IMG/VR virus record: IMGVR_UViG_3300005330_000015
Span: 32,001-96,000 of that record
Strand: one strand, 5' to 3'
DNA from: a virus
Taxonomy: Duplodnaviria > Caudoviricetes
DNA: 64,000 nt
A program made the translations under genes and the position numbers. The notes below the pieces were generated by a model. That model was not told where the DNA came from. It searched no databases and saw only the letters and a program-made list of their open reading frames with translations. Below, in pieces: positions 47,726 through 56,790 of this stretch (positions are counted from its first letter, which is position 1; every line of letters begins with the position of its first letter).

Positions 47726-48015
47726 CCGACGCACAACAAGTCAGACACATGCTCGACGTGCGCATTCGTCTTGCTCGAGCACTAGCTCGCGCGCAGGAGC
47801 ATCGCGACGAGCGTCAGCCACTCGGCTGGGTCGCATACGAGCGCGCAGTGATGCTACGCCTCGTAAACGAAGAGCGCGGCATGCAGATGCCTGTCACACT
47901 GGCGGATATCGAGCGCGTCGAAGGTTGGGCGCTAGGACATAGCGACTATAGTTCGAAGTTCGCGCTCTACTGCGCGGAGCTCGCGGTCTATGGACCAAGC
48001 GAAAGGGCGCCGTGA
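47722..48015 (+). CDS. conserved phage hypothetical protein
   Basis: ALGHSDYSSKFALYCAELA motif. Confidence 0.65.
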   Translation: MTDAQQVRHMLDVRIRLARALARAQEHRDERQPLGWVAYERAVMLRLVNEERGMQMPVTLADIERVEGWALGHSDYSSKFALYCAELAVYGPSERAP

Positions 48016-48335
48016 TGATTAGATGCACATGCCCGGCCGGATTCGTTCCGCGCGACCTCTCTGAGCTGTGCCCATGGTGCCAGCGTCTTCGCCTCGGCAA
48101 CGCCCGCATCGAGGCGACGCTGGCTAATCTCGGCGCAGACCATCGACCACGCGCGGGTTGGGATGCAAGTGTGCTTGCCGTCGCTAGCCGGCGATCCGCC
48201 CGCCAGCATATCACCGTGGCTATCGTGTGCGCGGTGGCTATCGTAGCACTCTGCGCTCTCGCATGGTGGCAAACAGCACATCGCCAACGACCTCTGCGGC
48301 TCGACATCAAGGTCGAGTATCCGGTGGAACGATGA
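48012..48335 (+). CDS. membrane protein
   Basis: one TM helix; chained. Confidence 0.5.
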   Translation: MMIRCTCPAGFVPRDLSELCPWCQRLRLGNARIEATLANLGADHRPRAGWDASVLAVASRRSARQHITVAIVCAVAIVALCALAWWQTAHRQRPLRLDIKVEYPVER

Positions 48336-48636
48336 AGCTCGGCGATATCGTAATCGTCACGCTTGGCCCAAAACAAGGCAAGCCGCACGTCGTGGTTGGC
48401 GGCCCCGCTAACGGTCGCGTGTCGTTGTGCTACTTTGGCTCTCAGCGATGGTATTTCCTGCCGACGACGTCATGCCGGTCGAAGACACGAAGGACGTACG
48501 CCGATGCAAGCGGGCGCTGCTGGCTGTGAAGCCTAGCCCTGACGGATGGAAGCGCATCGACGTTGGCCGGTACGGCTGCGATCATCCGCCTGTCGTCGTT
48601 GGTCACGTTGACGTGCCGTGGTCGTGGGACGTTTGA
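48332..48636 (+). pseudogene. KOW/SH3-like protein, -1 frameshift at ~48455
   Basis: MKLGDIVIV...QRWYF joins PADDVMPVED with one base added. Confidence 0.55.
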
Positions 48637-48641
48637 GTTCT

Positions 48642-48714
48642 CAACGACTGCGCCAATGTGGCGCGATTTTTGACGCTATCTACCACGTAGAAACGCCATC
48701 TTACGTGGGCACGC
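48642..48714 (+). promoter_or_regulatory. conserved upstream element, copy 1
   Basis: aligns with 58913-58984; GCGCCA-N3-TGGCGC palindrome, TTGACG, CTTACG. Confidence 0.7.
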
Positions 48715-48734
48715 GACGAGCATAAGAGGAGACT

Positions 48735-49580
48735 ATGTCCAGCTTCGCGATCTCACCCTTCACCATGCCAGCTGCTCTTGCCGCGGCTGACGCCATTCTT
48801 AGCGATCCGACGTGGATCGCCAACACCGTCAATCCGGCGCAGGTTGCGTGGCTCGAGTCGTTTCGTCGCCGTGCCACGTTGGCCTTAACGATGCCGGAGA
48901 TCCACCATAACGCCACGTTCGATCCTGCGCAGCATGTCGCATGGCTCAAGGCCGAGGGCTGGGACGCACAAATCACCGGCGGTACCCCGCGAGACATCTT
49001 CCTTGCTGCAACCCTGAACATCGTCGCGAAGTGGAGCGAAGTCGGGCGCGCATATAAGGACGGGATAGTCGATCGCGCCATCGTTAAGGTCGGCGCGTGC
49101 ACGTCTGCGCAGCGGGGTGCCGAGCATCCGGTCGTCGAGGTGGAGACGCAGCACCTAGGCTTCACGTTTTGCTTTCAGCAGACCAATGCTGCTCCCTCGA
49201 GCCCGGATCACCTCGCTGCGATAGCCTATGATATTGCGACGAGGTCAGCCAACGAATCTGTCAGACTCGACGTGCCGATGGTCGATCTGCAAACACGTGA
49301 CGACGCCGCGTACATGATCGGGCTACGTTCGGGTCCGAACATCGTAACTCAAGCCGCCGAGCAGTTCCGCTTCGAACTCAACGAGGTCGGAGGTCGAGCA
49401 AGCGCGGCTTCCGAGATCGCGGTGACTAGGAGCATGGGCCCGCGCACGATCAAGATCAACGGCCCGTTCATCGTTGCCGTGAACCGTAACGGAGCGCCGA
49501 AGGATACTGACAAGGTGGTGTTCGCGGCCTTCTGCGACCGAGATTCGTGGCGAGCGCCCGCGGCAGGGAGGATCGTATGA
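48735..49580 (+). CDS. minimal serpin-like protease inhibitor
   Basis: AISPFTMPAALA (s6B/hB), IFLAATLNIVAKW (s3A), VRLDVPMVDL (s2C/s6A), FELNEVGGRASAASEIAVTRSM (hinge/RCL), IKINGPFIVAV (s1C/s4B); GAGGAG RBS. Confidence 0.72.
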   Translation: MSSFAISPFTMPAALAAADAILSDPTWIANTVNPAQVAWLESFRRRATLALTMPEIHHNATFDPAQHVAWLKAEGWDAQITGGTPRDIFLAATLNIVAKWSEVGRAYKDGIVDRAIVKVGACTSAQRGAEHPVVEVETQHLGFTFCFQQTNAAPSSPDHLAAIAYDIATRSANESVRLDVPMVDLQTRDDAAYMIGLRSGPNIVTQAAEQFRFELNEVGGRASAASEIAVTRSMGPRTIKINGPFIVAVNRNGAPKDTDKVVFAAFCDRDSWRAPAAGRIV

Positions 49581-50023
49581 CGACAGCGATCGAAGCTGCC
49601 ATGGTGCGACTACGCGCGCTGCAGGCGCGTTTGGCCGGTGCCCCCGAGTACACTGCGGAGCGCGCGGCCGCACGCTGCCCAGACGGCCCGCAGCGCGAGC
49701 ATCGAAACGCCTACCAGGCGGGCGCCCTAGAGCAGATCTGCCGGTCGTCGGCCGACGAGATCGCGTCGGTCATCCGCCAGATGGAGGACGGAGCTGTCCA
49801 GCGCCCGGCGACCGCGGAGACCCTGACCGATGAACAGATCAGGGACGCACGGTCCTCGTTCCGGGATGAAATCGAGGTCCTGATCGGCCTGGTCAAGGAC
49901 TGCGACGAGATGTTGGTGTTTCAAAAACGCCAGGATGTCGGACTACCGCAAACATTGCGCTGCGATGGGGCCCGCGAGCGTATCGCCGCTGCCATCAACG
50001 CCCGCGCGAAGGCGGTGCGGTGA
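49577..50023 (+). CDS. TDEQI/AINAR family protein with N-terminal extension
   Basis: TAETLTDEQIR...ARERIAAAINARAKAVR. Confidence 0.7.
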   Translation: MTTAIEAAMVRLRALQARLAGAPEYTAERAAARCPDGPQREHRNAYQAGALEQICRSSADEIASVIRQMEDGAVQRPATAETLTDEQIRDARSSFRDEIEVLIGLVKDCDEMLVFQKRQDVGLPQTLRCDGARERIAAAINARAKAVR

Positions 50024-50025
50024 TG
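49991..50025 (+). repeat. 35-bp perfect direct repeat, right copy
   Basis: identical to 45045-45079. Confidence 0.9.
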
Positions 50026-50196
50026 GCGCGTTTGCTGTGCGCCTGCAAGGCGTACTCGGTGACTCACCTGATCGGGCGAGGTAACTGCGGCATGGGTCGA
50101 TGCGCGCGGTGTCAGTGGTCGATCGACCAGTGCGTTTGCAAGTCGCCAGCGCCAGAGGAATCGAAGGCAGCCACGGCGAAAGCAGGTGCGCAATGA
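50023..50196 (+). CDS. small Cys-rich protein
   Basis: TGATG and ATGA overlaps. Confidence 0.45.
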   Translation: MARLLCACKAYSVTHLIGRGNCGMGRCARCQWSIDQCVCKSPAPEESKAATAKAGAQ

Positions 50197-51209
50197 AGGA
50201 CATGGGCCGCATCATCGACGAGATCCAGAGCGACATCAACGCGCGGGCGACCTGCGGTGCATGCATGGGGCGCGATAATCAGGGGATTTCCGGACCGTGC
50301 CCGGCGCATCGAAGCGCGCAAGGCTCGGATCAAGAGTGCGGGGCGTCCCGCTACCCGCTTCCGGAGCCGCTCGCGATCGACGACCTACTCGAGCTCGCCG
50401 ACTGTGCCAAGGCGCTACCGGATGCGGTTGAATCGCAGCTTACCGGACGTGAGGCGTTCCAGCTCGGCGAGGGCATCGAGGTCCTCGCGAGCGAGCTCGA
50501 GGAGGAGCGCCGGCAGCGGGCAGCGGAGCAGGCGGCGCACGCGCAGGTCACGCGCGATACCACGGACCAGATCGCACGGCTGTGCTCTCTGGTCGACGAT
50601 CTCAGCTTCGAGCTGCGGCATCGTCGGGAGGAGGTCGGCGATCTTGAGCTCCGAATCACCTCGGCCAATGACCAGGCGGAGCTAGACATCGCACGGATCG
50701 CCGACCTCACAGACAGGTTGGTCGCTGACCAGCAAGCCACGGCCATGGCGACGCTCAATGCGACGGAACGCGTGCGGCTAACCATGCGAGTTGAGGCGGA
50801 CGCTCAGCACGAGCGCGACGTCGCCGATCTGATCGCCGCCGAGCACGCCAAAGTAGCCGCCGAGAGGCGCGCCAGCGAGGCCGAGCGCGCTGTCGCCGAG
50901 TTCGAACGTTTGCGACCGGTACAGACATCGACCAAAGCGAGCGCGCTGGGGTCTGTATCCAAGCTGTTACCGCAGCAGACCGATGCCACCGCTGCCGGTG
51001 CAACCTGTTACCTCGCAGGGGTAACCATAGACGAGTTATTCACGCTGCACCAGCAAGCGCGCGAGAGCGGTGGCGAACGCGCGTGGTCGTGGATCGTCAA
51101 CGGGTACTACGACGCTAAGGCGGCAGCGGAACGTGAGCAAGAATGCGCCGATGATGCTGAGCAACGCCGTCTTGGCGAGCTTCGCGCAGACCTGGAGATC
51201 GACGCGTGA
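50193..51209 (+). CDS. coiled-coil protein
   Basis: long heptad region; ATGA start. Confidence 0.65.
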   Translation: MKDMGRIIDEIQSDINARATCGACMGRDNQGISGPCPAHRSAQGSDQECGASRYPLPEPLAIDDLLELADCAKALPDAVESQLTGREAFQLGEGIEVLASELEEERRQRAAEQAAHAQVTRDTTDQIARLCSLVDDLSFELRHRREEVGDLELRITSANDQAELDIARIADLTDRLVADQQATAMATLNATERVRLTMRVEADAQHERDVADLIAAEHAKVAAERRASEAERAVAEFERLRPVQTSTKASALGSVSKLLPQQTDATAAGATCYLAGVTIDELFTLHQQARESGGERAWSWIVNGYYDAKAAAEREQECADDAEQRRLGELRADLEIDA

Positions 51210-51354
51210 CCGCACCAGAGAATCTTGACTCGATCGTCGCGCGTGCGTCACGGGTCGGCAACGGCTTCGCCTACGCTTCGATTATCTTGCGACGCACATC
51301 GCCACCGCTGGTCATCGTGCACACGCTCTGTCCAGTTCGAACGTGGTGTCCTCG

Positions 51355-51561
51355 ATGAGCGATAGCGCAGACGTTAAGCGAACGACCGTGGCCGCCGAAC
51401 AGCTGAGGATCGCCATCGATTTATTACAGCAAGCAGAGCACGCGCTAGCGGTTACCATCGGCGCTCAGCGCGCCGCTGAAGCGGTAGGCGAGGCTCTGCA
51501 GAGCGCACGCATCGCGGCAGAACGCACAGCGATCGTGCAGCGAGCGCAGGCTCGCCGATGA
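51355..51561 (+). CDS. hypothetical helical protein
   Basis: ATGA overlaps. Confidence 0.5.
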   Translation: MSDSADVKRTTVAAEQLRIAIDLLQQAEHALAVTIGAQRAAEAVGEALQSARIAAERTAIVQRAQARR

Positions 51562-51737
51562 GCGCGGTGCCATGCACATGCGAAGGAGCCATCTGCGGCA
51601 CGGCTGGCGACAAGGTGCTTATCAGGCGGTATAAATGCTCTGGATGCAAGCGCAAAGTCCCGTGGTGCTTCGGGGCTGCGGACGATGCGCCGAATCTCTG
51701 TGACGACTGCTGGGGCGAGCTGCATCGCAAAGGTTGA
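51558..51737 (+). CDS. small Zn-finger protein
   Basis: CSGC..VPWCFG..D...CDDCW. Confidence 0.55.
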   Translation: MSAVPCTCEGAICGTAGDKVLIRRYKCSGCKRKVPWCFGAADDAPNLCDDCWGELHRKG

Positions 51738-51773
51738 CGCATGCTGAGCGCTCGCTATATATCGAGCTCGAGC

Positions 51774-54700
51774 TCACAGGGTCGGCGTCACCACGATCTG
51801 CAGGTTCGTGCCGTCCGGGAACGTCTGCGTCGCGCCGGACCCGTCGACCGCTGTGAAGTATCCGGCATACGTCCCGGGCACGTCGAGGTCGTGCGTTCCC
51901 CATGCGTACGTGAGGTTGCCAACCTCGTCTCCGATAGCCGGCCCAGTGATGCGCGTCGATCCCTGGACCATCAAGAACGCCACGCCGCCTGGGAACTCCT
52001 CAGGGAAGTTGATGCGGCGTGCGGCATTGAACGCGTTGGCTTCGAGTGGGCGATGGGTTGCACCTTGGCGGAAGGGCTCTGGCACGAGGTCTCCTGGGGC
52101 AGGGAGGATGATTACCGTGGCTGCGGTCGAGATGACCCGCACGCGGATCGGAAGCGGTAGCGGGGCGGCTGTGAAGCGCCCGAGCTCGTCCCATGATGGT
52201 GACCAGACTGTGTCGGTCACTGACCATGTGCCGCTCGACCATGAGACTTCGTCATCGGGTAGTCCAGCCGGCGGCGGAGGCGGCGGTGTCGGAACCTCGT
52301 CATCGATTGAGCCGGTCGCCTGCCCTATCGAAACCGACCAGTTGACCGCGAACGTCCACGCGACGTCATCGAGCACTTGAGCCGGGAACTCGTCGATGGG
52401 CGCCTGGGCAACGGGCTGATCGGTGACGCGAGCGAGCTGCCATGCAAACGTCGGCTCATCATCGCCAGGCGCGGGAATGGCGGTGGGAGATTCAGCGTCC
52501 GCTAACGCAGAGAGTAGCGTCGGGACAGGCAATGACATTACTTGAGCGGTGGATGTTTCGTCCGGCGCCGCTTGTGCCGCAAGCTCAATGTCTTGCGCGA
52601 TGCTAGCCGAGCTGGTAGCCGACACGAGCTGCAATTCCGCAGTGGAGTTCGCGTCGTCAGAAGCAGAAACGAGTGCTACCAAATCGGTATCCGATACGCT
52701 AGCCGCCACGGTAGCGGCGACGGTAAGCGTCGCTGAGCCATTGCTCTCGTCGTCGAGTGCTGAATGCGTTGGGAGTTCTTCCTGACTCGCAGATGTCGTG
52801 CTGTCGGTCGCGGGTGCTGTGAACAGTATCGGAGCCTGGTCCGCATCGAACTCCAAGGTCACTATCTCATCGTTGGCTGCGGTCGTCGCAAAGATCGGCG
52901 GTTGCGCGAACATCACGACCGGTGCGTAAGGCTCAGCATCGAGTGCCGAACCGGTGCCGCTTGGATCTTCAAACGCGACCGTGACGAGCTGTGCTCCCTC
53001 ATTGGTCGGCGAGGACGTCCAGACCTCGGCAAACGTACCCGGGTTGGCGAACCGGAACGCAACCATATGCTGGATGTATCCATTTACCGTCAGCGATAGC
53101 GGCGCGGTCGCATTGGCGATCAACGTAAGACCGCCAGCCGGCGTCGCTGCATCGGGTGAACCGGCCGCCACCACCGTTCCGTTGCCGTACCAGAACGACA
53201 AGATCAGACAACGCTTCGTCGTCGTAATGGGCGCGGCCGTGACGGTGCCGCCGGACGGTGAGGCTCGCTCGACATGGGAGAACGCATGCGGTGCGCCGAC
53301 CACGACACCGCGGAGTTCGATCCATGCGGCTGATAGCTCGTCGCCGGCCCCGCTTGATCCACCGAACTGCGCCGAGATGGTGTAGTTGGTTTTAGCGTTG
53401 CTCGCGGTCGTGCGTCGCCATACGCCAGCGAACGAGGCCGTGAAGCTCGCGTAGGCGTTGTTGGTGATGACCGAGAACGTGCCGCCATCGTTGTCGGTAG
53501 GATCGATCGCGCCGCCTGGGGTCTGCGACTGATTCCCACGCATGACCGTCGCGATGATCTGTGAGCCGGCGATCGTGTCGGTACCCGAGACAGGCCCCAC
53601 CACGTACCAGGTCACACCACCATCGGTCTGCGTGGAGCCCAGCGTTGTTGCATTAGGCCCGGTGCCAGAGCTAGAGCTCGTGCCGCCGCTCGCGCATTGG
53701 TAGAGAATGCCGCCGTTCTTGACGCGGTTGATGCCGCCGGCCGTGGGGTCCACGACGTAGGCCGTGCTCTGCGCCCACGACGGGATCGGCGCTACGGTGG
53801 TCAGTGTCCCACTCTGGGGCGGCGCCTCGAAAGAGCGCTGGACGTCGCTGGCGCCGCCTACCGCGGCGGAAACGGCGGCGATAGGTAGCTCATCTACCGG
53901 TGCCGTGAGCGGCAATTGTGCGAGATTGAAGCGTAGCGCGACGTCTAACCACGGCGTGTCGTCCATCGTGATTGGAGGGATCGATCCGTTAGGCTCGTCA
54001 CTCTCGCCGAATGCCGCGATAGCTACGGTCGATGGCGCCACAAGCGCAAGCATCGTCGCGGGCTCGTCATCTTGCGTAGCTATTGGTCCGGTACTGGGTA
54101 GCGTATCGGGTAAGTCACCGACCGCGATCCATGTCAGCGGCGCCTCAAGCGAGGAGGATCGCTGGTCATCGTCAACGACGCTTGCAACGCCGCTTGGAAG
54201 CGTGTCGTGTGCTTCGTTCGAAGCCCACGCCGAGCTCGACCAGCCGAGAGATGCGTTCGCCTGATCGTCATCAACGATCGACGCAGATAGCGCGATAGGT
54301 AGCTCGTCGCAGAACTGGAACACTATCCCACTGGTAGGTGAAGCCATCCACCCGACAAAGGAGTCAACGTCATCCCTGATCGTCGCCGCCGCGATCGGGA
54401 TCTCCTCCTGCGCAGGCGTTGCGATCAGCAGCGGGGCCGGCGCAGAAAGTCCTCCGACCATCGACACTGCGTCGTCAGGAGAACCAACCTCTGGCAGTGA
54501 CGCCAGCACGAGCGTGATCTGCGCCTGCTTCGTGCTTGCGCCGAAGCTCGACGTTCCGCTTCGTGAACCACCCGCCGTCGCATAACCCGCACGACCGCCA
54601 CAGAACGATGCGCCGTTGCCGGTCGAGCCATGCCACCCGTTATCGAGCTGGCCAGTTGGATTCGCGGAGCCCGCGAACGTCCACGCGTTGAACGCGCTGT

Positions 54701-55199
54701 CGTCGTTGGCGCTCGCTACGCATGTTATGAGCGTGCAGCCGTTCAGCGTCGGCGTGACAGCTGGCGGTGCGATCGTTGTCGTGGCCGTGGTGACAACCGC
54801 GGTCGCAAGCAGATGGATGGGGTTACCTGTGTTCCGACAGCCACGATACGTGTTGATATGCAGCGTCTGGATCGTGCCGCCCCACGTGCTTGCAGCAGCT
54901 ACCACCGGCGCCGGATCGGTCGCCGTCGTCGAACCGATCAAGCGCTTCACGAAGATGGTGATCGCGCAATCGTTCGCACCGCTCACGCCACCATTAGTGG
55001 TAGCGCTCGCGGTATTGCCGTGCACATCCGTAGCGAGCACGAACCCATTGGGCGTACTGAGCGTCGGCACGCCGCCGTCGGTCGCGATGAATAACAAGGC
55101 GACGTCGTCAGCTTGCCACGCCGTCGGCATGAACACCGTCGTAGGACCGGCGCCCTGCTGATCGAACGTTGATTCGTCTTGAAAATCGGGGTTCGCCAT
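51774..55199 (-). CDS. large virion fibre/appendage protein with acidic repeats, carbohydrate-binding-like module and C-terminal BppU-like domain
   Basis: T/S/G/A-rich beta domains; WAQSTAY...LYQCASGGTS...DGGVTW; C-terminal RQGAT...LTYAW...DLDVPGTY...QTFP. Confidence 0.7.
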   Translation of the reverse strand: MANPDFQDESTFDQQGAGPTTVFMPTAWQADDVALLFIATDGGVPTLSTPNGFVLATDVHGNTASATTNGGVSGANDCAITIFVKRLIGSTTATDPAPVVAAASTWGGTIQTLHINTYRGCRNTGNPIHLLATAVVTTATTTIAPPAVTPTLNGCTLITCVASANDDSAFNAWTFAGSANPTGQLDNGWHGSTGNGASFCGGRAGYATAGGSRSGTSSFGASTKQAQITLVLASLPEVGSPDDAVSMVGGLSAPAPLLIATPAQEEIPIAAATIRDDVDSFVGWMASPTSGIVFQFCDELPIALSASIVDDDQANASLGWSSSAWASNEAHDTLPSGVASVVDDDQRSSSLEAPLTWIAVGDLPDTLPSTGPIATQDDEPATMLALVAPSTVAIAAFGESDEPNGSIPPITMDDTPWLDVALRFNLAQLPLTAPVDELPIAAVSAAVGGASDVQRSFEAPPQSGTLTTVAPIPSWAQSTAYVVDPTAGGINRVKNGGILYQCASGGTSSSSGTGPNATTLGSTQTDGGVTWYVVGPVSGTDTIAGSQIIATVMRGNQSQTPGGAIDPTDNDGGTFSVITNNAYASFTASFAGVWRRTTASNAKTNYTISAQFGGSSGAGDELSAAWIELRGVVVGAPHAFSHVERASPSGGTVTAAPITTTKRCLILSFWYGNGTVVAAGSPDAATPAGGLTLIANATAPLSLTVNGYIQHMVAFRFANPGTFAEVWTSSPTNEGAQLVTVAFEDPSGTGSALDAEPYAPVVMFAQPPIFATTAANDEIVTLEFDADQAPILFTAPATDSTTSASQEELPTHSALDDESNGSATLTVAATVAASVSDTDLVALVSASDDANSTAELQLVSATSSASIAQDIELAAQAAPDETSTAQVMSLPVPTLLSALADAESPTAIPAPGDDEPTFAWQLARVTDQPVAQAPIDEFPAQVLDDVAWTFAVNWSVSIGQATGSIDDEVPTPPPPPPAGLPDDEVSWSSGTWSVTDTVWSPSWDELGRFTAAPLPLPIRVRVISTAATVIILPAPGDLVPEPFRQGATHRPLEANAFNAARRINFPEEFPGGVAFLMVQGSTRITGPAIGDEVGNLTYAWGTHDLDVPGTYAGYFTAVDGSGATQTFPDGTNLQIVVTPTL

Positions 55200-55221
55200 G
55201 GGCACGCCCCAGCGTCAGCGG

Positions 55222-55701
55222 TTATAGCTCGCGGTGGTTCGCCGAGAACTCGAACACAAGCGACGCCGCGGCACCGACGTCGAATACGTCGATGGAACCG
55301 GCGTTACCCGCGGCCAGGCTGACCATCTGGTCGTAGTCGTTCGTCCACCACGTGCCGCCGCTCGACACGCCGCCACCCATGATGGGACCGGCGTTGGTGC
55401 GCGTAGTGCCGGCCGTGGGACGGCTACCGCTGGTGATGGTCGCGGACGGCTGGCCCGCATCGGCCGCGACCGAGGACAGCGATGTGCCCGCGGTGGACGC
55501 AGTGCCGAACTTTGCCGAGCGGAGCTTGATCGCGGACAGCGTGGTCTGCGCCGCGTTCGAGCCGATAAGCGAAAGCCCATTAAGGTACACGCTGCGGGTG
55601 GAACCTGGCTTGAGGAAGAATGTGTCGGTTTCGGTGTTGGCGCTCGCATTGGTCGTGAGCGTGCCTGGTGTCGCAAGCTGGTCGGTGTAGATGAAAGGCA
55701 T
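55222..55701 (-). CDS. putative virion structural protein
   Basis: AAGGAG RBS; T/S/G/A-rich beta protein. Confidence 0.6.
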   Translation of the reverse strand: MPFIYTDQLATPGTLTTNASANTETDTFFLKPGSTRSVYLNGLSLIGSNAAQTTLSAIKLRSAKFGTASTAGTSLSSVAADAGQPSATITSGSRPTAGTTRTNAGPIMGGGVSSGGTWWTNDYDQMVSLAAGNAGSIDVFDVGAAASLVFEFSANHREL

Positions 55702-55712
55702 GGTAGTGCTCC

Positions 55713-55943
55713 TTACTGAACCCAGAAGTGGCCATCGATGGACCGGTGCGCGGCTTCCGTTGCCTCCTTGGGCATCGGGACGCCGAACTCGATCGCGCCG
55801 GAATGCTCGCCGAGCTCGTTCAGCGCGTAGACTGCAAGTCCTTGGACTTCGCCGGTCTCTGGGTGAACCTCGGTGATCTGGGCACGACGGACCTTGCCGC
55901 CGTGCGCGTAGCTGACCTGTGCGCCGTGCTTGTGTTTCGCCAT
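55713..55943 (-). CDS. small SH3-like protein
   Basis: first gene of virion island. Confidence 0.55.
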   Translation of the reverse strand: MAKHKHGAQVSYAHGGKVRRAQITEVHPETGEVQGLAVYALNELGEHSGAIEFGVPMPKEATEAAHRSIDGHFWVQ

Positions 55944-56072
55944 GCCCAACGGTCGCGCTGCGGCCCAGGTGGGGCGAAAGCTGCGCGTTTACATGTGCGG
56001 GCGGCGCGACGACGATGTATGATCACGTCAACGCATGGCCGACCATAAGTAGCGACGTGCTACTGTGGCTCG

Positions 56073-56741
56073 ATGAGCGAACCGCGGGCGTCCGATGGCC
56101 CAACCGACCCTATGACCAACGTTGGCATGCCGTGGCTACCGGATGAATCAGACGCCGAGGCGCACGGTCCTCATCCGAGGATCCGATATCACCCGCGAAC
56201 CGCATCAACTGCGACGACGACCGAAACGGAGACCTTCTATATAAAGGCTAGCAACGTGCGCTCGTGGAGCGACGGCCAACGACGCGGATCGCACGGCCCG
56301 CTCTCCGACTCGGTGACCAACCGCTATGGGCGTCGAGGTCGAGTTCCGTTCGCTGACATGTGTCGATGGTGGCCGTCATCGGACGGCATCCGCCCGATCC
56401 GTCTAGTCAACCGGCGCCGCATGCCGCCGCACGAGCTCGCGACTTTGGCCATGCTCTACGACGACCACGCCGGCAAGCACAACCGCCACAGTTCGCAGCG
56501 GTGGATGCGTCGCTTCGCCGAGGTGGCCGCGGTGGCTGGTGACGCGCTCGAGATGGGCGACCGCCCGCTCGCGATCCGCGTGCTGTGCGAGGTTGTGCCG
56601 CTTGAGGAAGCGATCAAGCTAACGCGCGAGACCGTTTGGGCGACCGGAACATGGACGTCTACCGTAGGTCGCGATTATGTCGTCGGTGGACGAGGGCAGT
56701 TGCATCTTGTTGCCGCGAGGCTGATAGATCGTGGCGCATAG
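56073..56741 (+). CDS. hypothetical protein
   Basis: TACTGT-N6-ATG leaderless start. Confidence 0.55.
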   Translation: MSEPRASDGPTDPMTNVGMPWLPDESDAEAHGPHPRIRYHPRTASTATTTETETFYIKASNVRSWSDGQRRGSHGPLSDSVTNRYGRRGRVPFADMCRWWPSSDGIRPIRLVNRRRMPPHELATLAMLYDDHAGKHNRHSSQRWMRRFAEVAAVAGDALEMGDRPLAIRVLCEVVPLEEAIKLTRETVWATGTWTSTVGRDYVVGGRGQLHLVAARLIDRGA

Positions 56742-56790
56742 GCGACGCTGATGCTACCGGATCGCTGCGTGACCGTGTATGATCCTGTCA

